Assembly: GCA_965248535.1 (NCBI GenBank)
Contig: CBDFJR010000002.1
Coordinates: forward strand, 384,001-448,000
Origin: Phormidesmis sp.
GTDB lineage: Bacteria; Cyanobacteriota; Cyanobacteriia; Leptolyngbyales; Leptolyngbyaceae
Reading direction: 5' to 3'
DNA length: 64,000 bases
Below the pieces are notes generated by a model. That model was given only the letters and a program-made list of their open reading frames with translations. It had not been told where the DNA came from and did no database searches. This document shows, in pieces, positions 9,987 to 19,945 of this stretch. The first letter of the stretch is position 1. Each line of letters starts with the position of its first letter. The translations under genes were made by a program, and so were the position numbers.

Positions 9987-10319
9987 ATGCAAAACACTCG
10001 CCTCAATGGTCTGGTAGGAACTGTGACGGGACAAATCGGTCAAGTGTTTCAAAATCCGTGGCGGCGATCGTCGCTGTTGCTGATCAGTCTCCTCTTTGGC
10101 TTTTATCTAGGCACCGCGATTTCAACCACGGCAGGGCAGCGGGCCCAGCTAGATATTGTGGCGGCAACTATTTTAGTCGTGTTGACGGAGATTATTAGTC
10201 GGGTTGTTTATAGCGGCAGCGATCGAGTCCGGCGATCGCTGCCCGCAGAGCTGGTGAACGCCCTCAAAATCGGCGTAACCTACAGTCTATTTATTGATGC
10301 TTTTAAATTGGGAAGCTGA
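9987..10319 (+). CDS. ycf20: DUF565/Ycf20-family membrane protein
   Basis: MQNTRL...NPWRR...FIDAFKLGS. Confidence 0.85.
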   Translation: MQNTRLNGLVGTVTGQIGQVFQNPWRRSSLLLISLLFGFYLGTAISTTAGQRAQLDIVAATILVVLTEIISRVVYSGSDRVRRSLPAELVNALKIGVTYSLFIDAFKLGS

Positions 10320-10337
10320 CGGCGATCGCCCGCCCAC

Positions 10338-10982
10338 TCAGCGCTTTTTAAATTGGTAGGAGTCTGCTTTGGCACCCCAAACCTGTTTGCCATCGGGCCC
10401 ATAGCCCCGATCCCAGGTGTCCATGCCTGACGGATGGAGGGTGATTTGATTGGTGATTTTCACGGCTCCTCGAACCTTTGCCGGGCAGCCATCGATCGGC
10501 GTTCTGCCTGCATAGTCGGGGCCCGATCGTTTGAGAAAAACGCTGCAAACAGGGCTGCCTAGCTCCTTGAATTCAACTACACGGGAGGCTTGTGGCTGAT
10601 TGCACAGCCCAATCAAGGCTTTTGGGTTAACCGGACGGAAGGAGCGCGATCGTACCGTTTGACTATAGACGCTCGGAGAGATTTGCAAAAACCGTTGACG
10701 ATAGGGGCTGTCTAACTTTTCTGAGAGCGCCTGTTCTTGATAGAGATAGATTGTGCTGGCTGCGGGTGGCGCATTTCTAAAGGTGATTGGGCAGGTCGTC
10801 ATTCTGACGTTGGGGGCTTTGGGGTTGGCGGCGGCTTGAGCAGAAGTATCCATCACCCCTGACAGCCGGGTCGCGACTTCATTGACCTGTGGCTCGATCG
10901 CCGCCTGTCTTGGGTCGGCGGCTAAACTTGGCAGGGCAACCGTGAGAATGCAAGTAGTCAATAACCACCTAAAGTTCGTCAT
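10338..10982 (-). CDS. CpcT/CpeT-family chromophore lyase-like protein with signal peptide
   Basis: YQEQA..PYRQR and TWDRGY..GKQVWGA motifs. Confidence 0.8.
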   Translation of the reverse strand: MTNFRWLLTTCILTVALPSLAADPRQAAIEPQVNEVATRLSGVMDTSAQAAANPKAPNVRMTTCPITFRNAPPAASTIYLYQEQALSEKLDSPYRQRFLQISPSVYSQTVRSRSFRPVNPKALIGLCNQPQASRVVEFKELGSPVCSVFLKRSGPDYAGRTPIDGCPAKVRGAVKITNQITLHPSGMDTWDRGYGPDGKQVWGAKADSYQFKKR

Positions 10983-11134
10983 CTACTTAAATTTTGTCAT
11001 CTAAAACTTCTGAGAGTCACTCATGTGATCAGCTTTCTCAATAGATTAGAGATCCTCACCTCGATTAGCAAGCGATTAAGATAATTAATGGACACCCTGC
11101 TATTAGTCAAGCTTTGAGAATTGGAGACGAGACT

Positions 11135-11326
11135 ATGGAGATCAACTGTGCTGAAGCCTGCAAAAATGGCTGCGTTTTGGGAGACAAATGTCCCAATCTA
11201 GAATATAAAGATCAGACCTCTAAGTTTATTCAAGAAACCTCACTAGATCAGATGATTGCCATGGCAGAAGCGGCCGCCCGCAAAAAGATGACGGCTCCCC
11301 CGCAGTGGATCTTGCCCGAAGATTAA
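11135..11326 (+). CDS. Small Cys-rich hypothetical protein
   Basis: MEINCAEACKNGCVLGDKCPN...; GGAG RBS. Confidence 0.7.
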   Translation: MEINCAEACKNGCVLGDKCPNLEYKDQTSKFIQETSLDQMIAMAEAAARKKMTAPPQWILPED

Positions 11327-11330
11327 ACTT

Positions 11331-11366
11331 AGACCTCCGAGTTTTCTAATTAAAACTCGGAGGTCT
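11331..11366. terminator. Hairpin between convergent genes
   Basis: Perfect stem AGACCTCCGAGTTTT/AAAACTCGGAGGTCT. Confidence 0.8.
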
Positions 11367-11368
11367 GT

Positions 11369-12079
11369 TTATTGGATCGGCACTCCTCGAAAAGGAACTG
11401 TCTCAGGAATTTGCAAATCCATGCGGTTCAGCCCTTGGGGGACTCGCAGCATCACCGTCACGTCTACCGAGCTACCCGGACGCAGGTTGTAGAGCGAAAC
11501 CGTGCTGCCATCGGGAGTACGGGAGTCGATCGCCGGATATCGCTCATTGGTTCGGGTGTTGATGGCTACGATTTGAGCCAGATTAATATCGCCCAATCCG
11601 CGCACCTGCTCACGCACTCGCTGAACCCGCATCTTCAGGTTGACAATGTTTGCATTGCTGGCTCCACTGCCTCGATCGGCAGACAGCAACTCAATTTGCC
11701 CGGCTCCACTATAGGCAGGCTCGACAAAACGTCCTGGCTGAATGCGTTGCGCGATCGGGGGCAAGTTGCCCGGCAGAGCCAAGGATTTTGGGATAGCTTG
11801 AGAACTTGAACTAGCCTTAGGCGCAACCGTTGTAGCGGGCTGACGATTGGCTGCCTGCAAAACTGCCTCAGTATCGCGATGGGTTCTCACGGCTTGAACC
11901 ACGGCAATGCTGCTGAAGAAAAATGACACGATCGAGAGCAGGAGGGCCAGCCCGGTGGCTGTGTCGGTTGCCACGCTGGTGCTGTTCCCGGCTTTTTCTC
12001 TGACGACAGGACGACGCAAACGCTGGTCAATATCTTGCTCTTGAAACTTGGGTCGCTCAAGGTTTCGTTCTTGCACCAT
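11369..12079 (-). CDS. Hypothetical single-TM protein
   Basis: 236-aa ORF with one TM and a beta-rich C-terminal domain. Confidence 0.7.
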   Translation of the reverse strand: MVQERNLERPKFQEQDIDQRLRRPVVREKAGNSTSVATDTATGLALLLSIVSFFFSSIAVVQAVRTHRDTEAVLQAANRQPATTVAPKASSSSQAIPKSLALPGNLPPIAQRIQPGRFVEPAYSGAGQIELLSADRGSGASNANIVNLKMRVQRVREQVRGLGDINLAQIVAINTRTNERYPAIDSRTPDGSTVSLYNLRPGSSVDVTVMLRVPQGLNRMDLQIPETVPFRGVPIQ

Positions 12080-12227
12080 GATGATTACCCCGAAGTACTC
12101 TATGCGCTTAACTGTAGAAGAAGCACCCCCGGTTTGCTCCTCCCTAAAGGGGGATCTTTAGCGAGGGGTCTCATCCCTTGGTCATGGGTAACTCAGAATG
12201 TTGGACGGTATAGAGTGACTTCTCTGC

Positions 12228-14795
12228 CTACACCGAAGCCTGCTGTCGCTGATAGAGCGACCAATAGAGACCCTTCGATCGCAGCAACTCGTCATGAGTG
12301 CCTTTCTCAGCAATCACCCCTTTTTCCATAACCAGAATCAGATCGGCGCGTTTGAGGGGCGCAAATCGGTGAGCGATCAGAAACACGGTTTTGCTTTCGG
12401 CCAGCTTTTGCAGATTTTGCAGAACTTGCTGCTCGGTTTCACTGTCTAAAGCGCTCGTCGCTTCGTCGAGAACCAGCATCGGCGCATCAGAGAGAAAGAG
12501 TCTCGCTAAAGCGACTCGCTGCCGCTGTCCGCCCGACAGGGCTGTGCCGCGCTCACCCACACTCGTCTCATAGCCGCGAGGCAGTTCGCTAATGAAATCG
12601 TGAGCAACCGCCAAACGAGCCGCTTCGACCACCTGTTCTGCACTCACATCGGGGCGACCCAGACTAATATTTTCTAAAACACTGCCGTTGAAGAGAAAGT
12701 CTTCTTGCAGCACCACAGCCATTTGGCTGCGAAGGGAGTGCAAATCGGCACTCTTGATATCAAAGCCATCAATGAGAATGCGTCCTGATTCGGGTTGATA
12801 GAGTCGCTGCAACAGCTTAGACAGTGTGCTCTTACCGGAACCGCTGCGCCCGACTACGCCGATTAGCATTCCCGGCTCTGAGGTGAACGAGATGCCTTTG
12901 AGCACGGGTTCTTGCTGAGGGTTGTAGCGAAAGAAGACTTGATCAAACGTGGTTTGCCCCTTGAGCGGCGGCAACACTAAGCCCGATCCGGGTTCTGCTT
13001 CGGGGGCAACGTTGAGAATGTCACCAATGCGATCGACCGACAGCAACACCTGCTGCAAGTTTTGCCATAGCTGCACGAGGCGAAGCAAAGGCCCCGTCAC
13101 CCGCCCCGACAGCATTTGAAACGCCACTAGCTGACCCACGGTTAATTCTTGTTTAATCACCAAGTGAGCACCAAACCACAAGATCAGCAAATAAGAAAAG
13201 TTGGTGAGAAAGTCTCCTAGATTGTTGCTGATGTTGGAAGTCGTAGACGCTTTAAAGCTGGTGCGAATGTAGCGAGCGAAGAGACCTTCCCAGCGATCGC
13301 GTGATGCTTTTTCCGCCGAGTGCGCCTTAACTGAGTGAATTCCGGTAATCGTCTCGACTAAGAAAGACTGACTATCGGCACTGCGGTTGAAGGTCTCATT
13401 CAGCCAGTTTCGCAAAATCGGTGTGGTGGTCAACGTCAAAATCGCATATAGCGGCAAGACGGCTAACGCAACTCCGGTCAGCGGAACGCTGTAGAAAAAC
13501 ATCAGCGCTAAATAAACCACCGCAAAGAAGCTATCTAGAATCACCGTCAGCGCCGTTCCGGTCAAGAATTGGCGAATATTTTCCAACTCCTGGACTCGGG
13601 CCACGGTATCGCCGACTCGTCTCGCCTCAAAATAAGCCAACGGCAGCCGCATCAAGTGACGGAAAAGCTGCGCCGATAGACTCAGATCCAGTCGTCGCGC
13701 CGTGTGGGTGAAGATGAACAGCCGCAGAATTCCTAAAACGGCTTCAAAAAGGGCGATCGAGAGCAGCGCGATCGCCATTACATCCAGCGTCGGAATGCTG
13801 CCCTGCACCATCACTTTGTCGATCACCACCTGGGTGATCAGCGGCGTGCCCAACCCCAAAAGCTGGAGGGTAAAGGAGGCAAACAGCACCTCCCCCAGCA
13901 AACCTTTATAGCGCCAGATTGCAGGCAAAAACCAGCTTAGATTAAACCGTTCCTGCTTTTGGATCGGCTCAATCTGCCAAAACTGACCATCCCAATGCTG
14001 TTGGACGATCGATCGGTGAATCGCTTCACAGTTCATCGTCGGATTGATCGGGTCGGCAATGACTAAGCGATCGCCGCGCACCCCATAGATCACCACCCAA
14101 TGGGGTTCCACCTGCACCGAAACTGACCCGTTTCGTGCCCCTGACTCTTGACTTCTGCCCCACAAAATCATTGCCGGAAAATTGAGCAGCCGCAGACTTT
14201 GCCAACTGGTTTCAATCCGTCGGAGTTGCAGCCCCAATTTTTCAGCCGCATCTACAACATTGCTCGGACGCTGCCCGCGAAGCTGACGCTGCACCCAATC
14301 CATCTGAGCCGGATTTTGTAAATGGTTAGACACCATCGTCAGGCAGGCGGCGGCGGTGTTCATGCCCGACACAAACGGGAAGCCCTCAACCGATCGGGCC
14401 GAGTTATCGCTCTCTGGCTGATATCGAGTCCGTTGAATGGCCCAAAAGCGATCGATATCCGTTGAAGACAGCGACGACCAGTGAGTGGCTGTCCACTGCA
14501 CAATTTGCACATCGTTGCTAGCGGCCCTCGCCTTCCAGCCCGGCAGGTCGAGTAGGTCGCCCACCCACTCACCGGGTTTTAAGAGCAGCGATCGTCCGTC
14601 ATCGGCGACTAGACGCACCTTACCCACGAGCACGATAATCTGCACATTAGGCGTTTCGTCTGACCAGAGCAATTCTCCAAGCTTGCAGCGCCGAATTTCA
14701 GCTTTCGTCTTAAATTGAATCTGCTGTTCTGGACTCAGAAACGAGAGGGGCGGTGACTCCCAGGGCAGGTTTGCAGCAACGTCATTGGTAATCAT
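12228..14795 (-). CDS. HlyB-family type I secretion ABC transporter (cNMP-like, C39-like, TMD, NBD)
   Basis: GRSGSGKST, LSGGQRQR, LVLDEATSALD; C39-like AAACLTMV...HWVV. Confidence 0.92.
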   Translation of the reverse strand: MITNDVAANLPWESPPLSFLSPEQQIQFKTKAEIRRCKLGELLWSDETPNVQIIVLVGKVRLVADDGRSLLLKPGEWVGDLLDLPGWKARAASNDVQIVQWTATHWSSLSSTDIDRFWAIQRTRYQPESDNSARSVEGFPFVSGMNTAAACLTMVSNHLQNPAQMDWVQRQLRGQRPSNVVDAAEKLGLQLRRIETSWQSLRLLNFPAMILWGRSQESGARNGSVSVQVEPHWVVIYGVRGDRLVIADPINPTMNCEAIHRSIVQQHWDGQFWQIEPIQKQERFNLSWFLPAIWRYKGLLGEVLFASFTLQLLGLGTPLITQVVIDKVMVQGSIPTLDVMAIALLSIALFEAVLGILRLFIFTHTARRLDLSLSAQLFRHLMRLPLAYFEARRVGDTVARVQELENIRQFLTGTALTVILDSFFAVVYLALMFFYSVPLTGVALAVLPLYAILTLTTTPILRNWLNETFNRSADSQSFLVETITGIHSVKAHSAEKASRDRWEGLFARYIRTSFKASTTSNISNNLGDFLTNFSYLLILWFGAHLVIKQELTVGQLVAFQMLSGRVTGPLLRLVQLWQNLQQVLLSVDRIGDILNVAPEAEPGSGLVLPPLKGQTTFDQVFFRYNPQQEPVLKGISFTSEPGMLIGVVGRSGSGKSTLSKLLQRLYQPESGRILIDGFDIKSADLHSLRSQMAVVLQEDFLFNGSVLENISLGRPDVSAEQVVEAARLAVAHDFISELPRGYETSVGERGTALSGGQRQRVALARLFLSDAPMLVLDEATSALDSETEQQVLQNLQKLAESKTVFLIAHRFAPLKRADLILVMEKGVIAEKGTHDELLRSKGLYWSLYQRQQASV

Positions 14796-14844
14796 GGGGC
14801 TTTTGTCTTAGGACTGAATGGGGGTTAACAGCGATTCTCAAGAC

Positions 14845-15603
14845 CTACTCTACCTGAAGCTTCACGGTCATTTTTTGAATCTTTTCGGCTAGCCAGCGCT
14901 CAAATAGCTCAGTCTGCAAGGTCTGCCGCAACTGCTGATTGTCAAGCGTCGCCGGAATCACTTGCTCAACTCTAAACAAGGCCCACCGTTGCTCAACCTC
15001 GATCGGGCCCACCAGATCGCCCGGTTCGGCAGAGTCGATCGCTGATCGAATTAAATCGGGCATCGTGCCGCGACTCACCGGGCCCATCATGCCATTTGAG
15101 ATGCGATCGTCGGCGATCGAGTGTTCTTGGGCCAGTTCTTCAAAGCTCGTCCCTTCTTGAATCTGAATTTTTAACTCATCGGCTAGCTCTTGATTTTCGA
15201 CAATAATGCGAGAAAGCACGACGCGATCGAGAAACACCTTACGCTCTATGAAATATTCTTGCAGTTTTGCGTCGGCAATCACGCTTTTAAGTTTTTCAAC
15301 TTTAAAGTTTGAATTAATTTGACTATGAAAGGTGGAATAGTCTGACCCGTTGCGATTCAGCCATTCTTGAAAAACCTTCGGGTCAGTCAACTGCTGCTGA
15401 AGCCGAAAGTCAATCACCGCCTGCTCGATCACCGCAGAGTTAACCTCTAGATCTTCTCGATTGGCAATTTCCTGGTCCAACACATATTGCCGTAAGATAT
15501 CGCCCAAAAACCCTTGCAGTTTTCCGGCGGTCTGAAGATATTTCAGACAGTCTCTTAATGAAATGGATTGCTCGTCAACGGTGAGAAAAGCTTTAGCGTC
15601 CAT
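14845..15603 (-). CDS. PpiC/parvulin-type peptidylprolyl isomerase-like protein
   Basis: SFEELAQEHS...NGMMGPV rotamase motif; adjacent to HlyB-like gene. Confidence 0.85.
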   Translation of the reverse strand: MDAKAFLTVDEQSISLRDCLKYLQTAGKLQGFLGDILRQYVLDQEIANREDLEVNSAVIEQAVIDFRLQQQLTDPKVFQEWLNRNGSDYSTFHSQINSNFKVEKLKSVIADAKLQEYFIERKVFLDRVVLSRIIVENQELADELKIQIQEGTSFEELAQEHSIADDRISNGMMGPVSRGTMPDLIRSAIDSAEPGDLVGPIEVEQRWALFRVEQVIPATLDNQQLRQTLQTELFERWLAEKIQKMTVKLQVE

Positions 15604-15999
15604 GAATTTGTTTGATTACCCAGTGTCCAAGTTTGATGTTAGCGTGCCCAAGACTACAGTGCTTTCGACCAGTGCTTTACGAAATGTCTCAGAGATTTAA
15701 CGTAGGCTACCGTGATTAAACCTGAAGCTCTCAGATTCTCGACTCCGCAATTTCAACCAAATAATCCAAAAACCAGCAAAATCTCTATGATTTTCCCTAA
15801 GCACTGACGTAACACCACGCTGTGTGGGCTACAAATGCAGGATCTTCATAAACCTGAAACTGAGTAAAAGATTAGAGAGTGCGATCGTTCTCGTAACGCT
15901 TTGACTTAAATCGTAAATAGATCTGAACTCCGACCGGGGAACCGGGGTTTTATGGCATGATCGGTGGGTAACTATCTGCGATCAACAGGAAAATCGGTT

Positions 16000-16635
16000 A
16001 TGGCTCTCCGACTAGGCGACACAGTTCCCAATTTCACCCAAGAATCTTCTGAAGGCACTATCAATTTCTATGATTGGGCTGGCGATAGTTGGGTGATCTT
16101 GTTTTCACACCCTAAAGATTTTACGCCCGTCTGCACCACTGAGTTAGGCACCGTTGCAAAACTCAAGCCTGAGTTTGACAAGCGCAACGTCAAAGCTCTC
16201 GCCCTCAGCGTCGATGATGTCACTTCACACATGGGCTGGATTGGCGACATCGAAGAAACCCAAGGCACCAAACTCAATTATCCGATTTTGGCTGATCCAG
16301 ACCGGAAGGTATCAGATCTATATGACATGATCCACCCCAACGCCAACAATACGCTGACGGTGCGATCGGTGTTTGTGATCGATCCCCAAAGAAAACTGCG
16401 CCTCACCTTCACCTACCCGGCTAGCACAGGGCGCAACTTTGATGAGATTTTGCGTGTGATTGACTCCCTGCAACTCACCGACAATCACAGCGTCGCCACG
16501 CCCGCTAACTGGACAGATGGCGGCGATTGTGTCGTCGTGCCTTCGATCTCGACGGAAGATGCCAAGCAAAAATTCCCCAAAGGCATAACCGAACTCAAGC
16601 CCTATCTACGGATGACTCCTCAACCCAACAAATAA
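16000..16635 (+). CDS. 1-Cys peroxiredoxin (Prx6)
   Basis: FSHPKDFTPVCTTE, TGRNFDEILR, ATPANW. Confidence 0.95.
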   Translation: MALRLGDTVPNFTQESSEGTINFYDWAGDSWVILFSHPKDFTPVCTTELGTVAKLKPEFDKRNVKALALSVDDVTSHMGWIGDIEETQGTKLNYPILADPDRKVSDLYDMIHPNANNTLTVRSVFVIDPQRKLRLTFTYPASTGRNFDEILRVIDSLQLTDNHSVATPANWTDGGDCVVVPSISTEDAKQKFPKGITELKPYLRMTPQPNK

Positions 16636-16660
16636 GGGTGACAGAGATCCTAAATTAGTC

Positions 16661-16690
16661 AATAGGGGTGGGTTTTGACCTGCCCTTATT
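16661..16690. terminator. Hairpin between convergent prx and Uma2 genes
   Basis: AATAGGGGTGGGT/ACCTGCCCTTATT with G-U pairs, T-run follows. Confidence 0.6.
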
Positions 16691-16692
16691 TT

Positions 16693-17391
16693 TTAGGCGA
16701 TTTCGTCGGGGTTGACACCGAGCGATCGCAGTCGTTCTTTTAGCTGCTCAACCTGCTGTTCTGCTTGCTTTACCTGTTCTTCTGCTTCCTGTCGGGCCTG
16801 AGTTTCAGACCGGAGTGCCTGGGCAAGCTCACTGGGAATCAGCAGCTTTTCGCCTGTGTCTTCTCGATAAAAAGCAATCAGATGTCCATCGATTTCTAAT
16901 CGCAGCTTGAGCGGCTCGCTTAGCCCATCTGTAATTGGCTCATATTCATTTCGATGCAGCCGATAGCCCTTTAGTTTTTCTTCAATCCATTCACCTTTGG
17001 GGTCAAATAGCCAATATTCCGTCACACCTAACTGCTCATACAGCGTGCGCTTGAATCCTTGGTCTTGGTTTTTGGTTCCGGCTGAGGTCATCTCAAAAAT
17101 CACAGACGGAACTTGCCCCTCTTCCCAGGTTTTATAGTTGTCTCGTCCGCCGGGGGCAACATCAAAAATCACCATGACATCAGGAGCCACTCTCAACCTT
17201 GGATAACCCTGCGAATAGTAGAGAAACTGATTGCTTAAAACAGTCGCCTGCTGGCCCGCTAAATATTGAGTCAATACTTCTAGCGTCACCAAAATTGCAT
17301 ACAAGTGAAGATAAGATTCTGCCAAGGGTTCACCGTCAGAGCTTGGATAAAAAATTTCAGTCGTTTGCGCGATCGGGGAGAGACTGGTCAT
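16693..17391 (-). CDS. Uma2-family endonuclease-fold protein
   Basis: YPSSDGEPLAES, VAPDV, EYWLFDP; coiled-coil tail. Confidence 0.9.
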   Translation of the reverse strand: MTSLSPIAQTTEIFYPSSDGEPLAESYLHLYAILVTLEVLTQYLAGQQATVLSNQFLYYSQGYPRLRVAPDVMVIFDVAPGGRDNYKTWEEGQVPSVIFEMTSAGTKNQDQGFKRTLYEQLGVTEYWLFDPKGEWIEEKLKGYRLHRNEYEPITDGLSEPLKLRLEIDGHLIAFYREDTGEKLLIPSELAQALRSETQARQEAEEQVKQAEQQVEQLKERLRSLGVNPDEIA

Positions 17392-17559
17392 AGGGGAAGT
17401 ATGGCTAGGTAATCTCTAGTTTACCGTGATGCGATCGACCCCTAGATTCAAGAGTCAGACTAGCTAAAAAGCAAAGGGCTGATAGTCCTAAACTAAAAAG
17501 CAGGATCTTAGCCGCCGTCAGCCAAAATCGTTATAGAGAAACACGCAGGTAAATAAAGC

Positions 17560-18537
17560 ATGGATATTAAAACTGGATTTGTCGGCAGCGTTGGCAACAC
17601 TCCCCTGATCCGGATCAATAGTTTTAGCGACGAAACGGGCTGTGAGATTCTCGGTAAGGCAGAGTTTCTCAATCCGGGTGGGTCGGTGAAAGATCGCGCT
17701 GCTCTCTACATCATTGAAGATGCCGAAAAGAAAGGACTGCTCAAACCCGGCGGCACCGTTGTAGAGGGCACCGCAGGCAACACAGGCATCGGACTGGCTC
17801 ACATCTGCAACGCTAAGGGCTATAAATGTCTGATCATTATTCCTGAGACCCAATCTCAAGAAAAAATCGACCTATTGCGAACCCTAGGGGCAGAAGTACG
17901 AACCGTTCCAGCCGTTCCTTATAAAGACCCCAACAATTACGTCAAACTATCGGGCAGAATCGCCGCCGAGATGGAAAACGCGATCTGGGCAAACCAGTTT
18001 GAAAACTTGGCCAACCGCATTGCTCACTATGAAACCACAGGGCCCGAAATCTGGGCTCAAACCGACGGCAAGGTCGATGTTTGGGTTGCCTCAACGGGAA
18101 CAGGTGGCACCTATGCCGGAGTTGCCATGTTTTTGAAAGAAAAAAATCCTGATATTCAGTGCATTCTGGCAGACCCGATGGGCAGCGGGTTGTATAGCTA
18201 TGTCAAAACGGGTGAGGTGCATTCTGAGGGCAGCTCGATCACGGAGGGCATCGGCAACAGCCGCGTCACCGGAAACATGGCAGGTGCGCCCATAGACGAT
18301 GCGATTCGGGTCGATGACCAAGAAGCGGTGCGGGTGGTCTATCAGCTATTAGAAAAAGATGGGCTATTTATGGGCGGCTCAGTCGGAATCAATGTCGGCG
18401 CGGCGATCGCTCTTGCCAAAAAACTGGGAGCAGGACATACGATCGTCACCATTCTCTGCGATGGCGGCAGTCGCTATCAGTCCAAATTATTCAATCGCGA
18501 GTGGTTAGCGGCTAAAGGACTCTTACCCAAGGCCTAA
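17560..18537 (+). CDS. cysK: Cysteine synthase
   Basis: NPGGSVKDRAA PLP lysine, EGTAGNTG, GTGGT. Confidence 0.88.
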   Translation: MDIKTGFVGSVGNTPLIRINSFSDETGCEILGKAEFLNPGGSVKDRAALYIIEDAEKKGLLKPGGTVVEGTAGNTGIGLAHICNAKGYKCLIIIPETQSQEKIDLLRTLGAEVRTVPAVPYKDPNNYVKLSGRIAAEMENAIWANQFENLANRIAHYETTGPEIWAQTDGKVDVWVASTGTGGTYAGVAMFLKEKNPDIQCILADPMGSGLYSYVKTGEVHSEGSSITEGIGNSRVTGNMAGAPIDDAIRVDDQEAVRVVYQLLEKDGLFMGGSVGINVGAAIALAKKLGAGHTIVTILCDGGSRYQSKLFNREWLAAKGLLPKA

Positions 18538-18560
18538 AATCGATCTGTCAAACTAGAAAG

Positions 18561-18881
18561 ATGGAACTCATTGACCCATCTGCTGAATTTGTGATCGCTT
18601 CTAGGTGCGTGCGGGTTTGCCAAAGCAAGTCTTGCTGCAAACTGGGAGCCACTAAAGTCTTGACTGCTTTTCAAGCCCATCAGGTTGCTGGGGTGGAAAT
18701 TGTAGGGTGCGGTTGTCTGGGTCAGTGTGGCAATGGCCCGATGGTGGTGATTTCGCCTGATCAGGTTTGGTATAGTCGGGTGCGATCGGAAGAAGTGAGA
18801 GCGATCGTCACTCGGCACCTTCAAAACGGACAGCCGATCAAAGCCATGCTCATTCTTCAAAACGGATATGACGGCACATAA
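18561..18881 (+). CDS. Thioredoxin-like (2Fe-2S) ferredoxin; native C-terminus apparently displaced by a duplication
   Basis: VCQSKSC...GCLGQCGNGP; alternative end GQPIKAMLYSKFHPV* at 18884-18931. Confidence 0.8.
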   Translation: MELIDPSAEFVIASRCVRVCQSKSCCKLGATKVLTAFQAHQVAGVEIVGCGCLGQCGNGPMVVISPDQVWYSRVRSEEVRAIVTRHLQNGQPIKAMLILQNGYDGT

Positions 18882-18907
18882 TGGGACAGCCGATCAAAGC
18901 CATGCTC
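18828..18907 (+). repeat. 24-bp direct repeat, two copies, 32-bp spacer
   Basis: GGACAGCCGATCAAAGCCATGCTC at 18828-18851 and 18884-18907. Confidence 0.9.
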
Positions 18908-19093
18908 TACTCAAAATTTCACCCTGTGTAGAATTGAGGTTTGTTTCTCTCGCGTCACAAAGGGCAGGTCAATCAATTCGGTTTGAGCATTCTCAATCGT
19001 AACGGGCATTCCGGCGGCGGCGTTGGCCTTGGTGCGAATGTAGACTATCAGCCCGATCGCGCCTATTGCTCCTCCGTTTCTAATCAATGCTCG

Positions 19094-19945
19094 TTAGTTT
19101 GCCGACCTAGAATTCTCGACCTTCTCGTCTGCGATCGTGACCACGCTTCCCAACTCTGCAAGAGCATTTAATCGAACTCCCCAAAGCTGTTGCTTGACTC
19201 CGCTATAAGTGTCGAGACGAGCGATCGTTTCTTGCCCGATATAGCAGCCTTTGTTAAACGAGATGGTGTTCCACAGTCCAGCTTCTAACGGATTGTAATC
19301 CTCCGTCAGTTCGTGACCCGGCATCGGGCGACCTTGCTGAATGCGGAGTTGCTCCCAAGAGCGATCGCCGATCGGCACCGCTCCAGCGTCGATTAAAGAT
19401 TGTTGGAGGGCATCGGCTCGATCAGCGTCAACAATCAGTGTGTAACCTTCTGTCGCTAAACCACTGCCGATCGCCACTCGCACTTCTTGCCCATCTAGGT
19501 TAAATAAACGATGACTGGCGTAAGGCTGACCGATCATCTCGGCGGCACCCAGCTTTTCTAGAAACGCATGACTGCCGGAACCGATCAAGCTAAAGGTCGC
19601 CGTTTGAGCGGTGACATCCTCTAATTTCACTTTGTCTGCGAAGAAGATGTAGCGATCGAGAAACGTCATGAGTTTCTCGGTCAGATGGGGTGACACCAAC
19701 AGCAAAACCGAGTCTTCTAAAACGTAAGCCGTTGCGAGGTCGATCGTTCGTGCCGTCGAAGTGACAAACACCGTGTCACAGCCATCACCCGGCTTGAGAC
19801 TCTTAAAATCATTAGTGCTTTGGTTGTGCAAAAACCGAATTCGGTCAGCGTCAGAGACTTTAATGCGCCCCCAATGAGCACGATCGTAGAGTGCCACGCC
19901 CAACTTTGCAGCTTCTAGGGCTGCGGTGTCATTCTCAAAGTTCAT
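19094..19945 (-). CDS. ygfZ: YgfZ/GcvT-family folate-binding protein, 3' end disrupted
   Basis: KGCYIGQE signature; expected GKLTS...YIRTK continues out of frame toward ~18920. Confidence 0.85.
   Translation of the reverse strand: MNFENDTAALEAAKLGVALYDRAHWGRIKVSDADRIRFLHNQSTNDFKSLKPGDGCDTVFVTSTARTIDLATAYVLEDSVLLLVSPHLTEKLMTFLDRYIFFADKVKLEDVTAQTATFSLIGSGSHAFLEKLGAAEMIGQPYASHRLFNLDGQEVRVAIGSGLATEGYTLIVDADRADALQQSLIDAGAVPIGDRSWEQLRIQQGRPMPGHELTEDYNPLEAGLWNTISFNKGCYIGQETIARLDTYSGVKQQLWGVRLNALAELGSVVTIADEKVENSRSAN

Noticed and set aside
18828..18907. Repeat-spacer-repeat resembling a minimal CRISPR
   Set aside because: Only two copies, the repeat is ferredoxin coding sequence, it is not palindromic, and there are no cas genes
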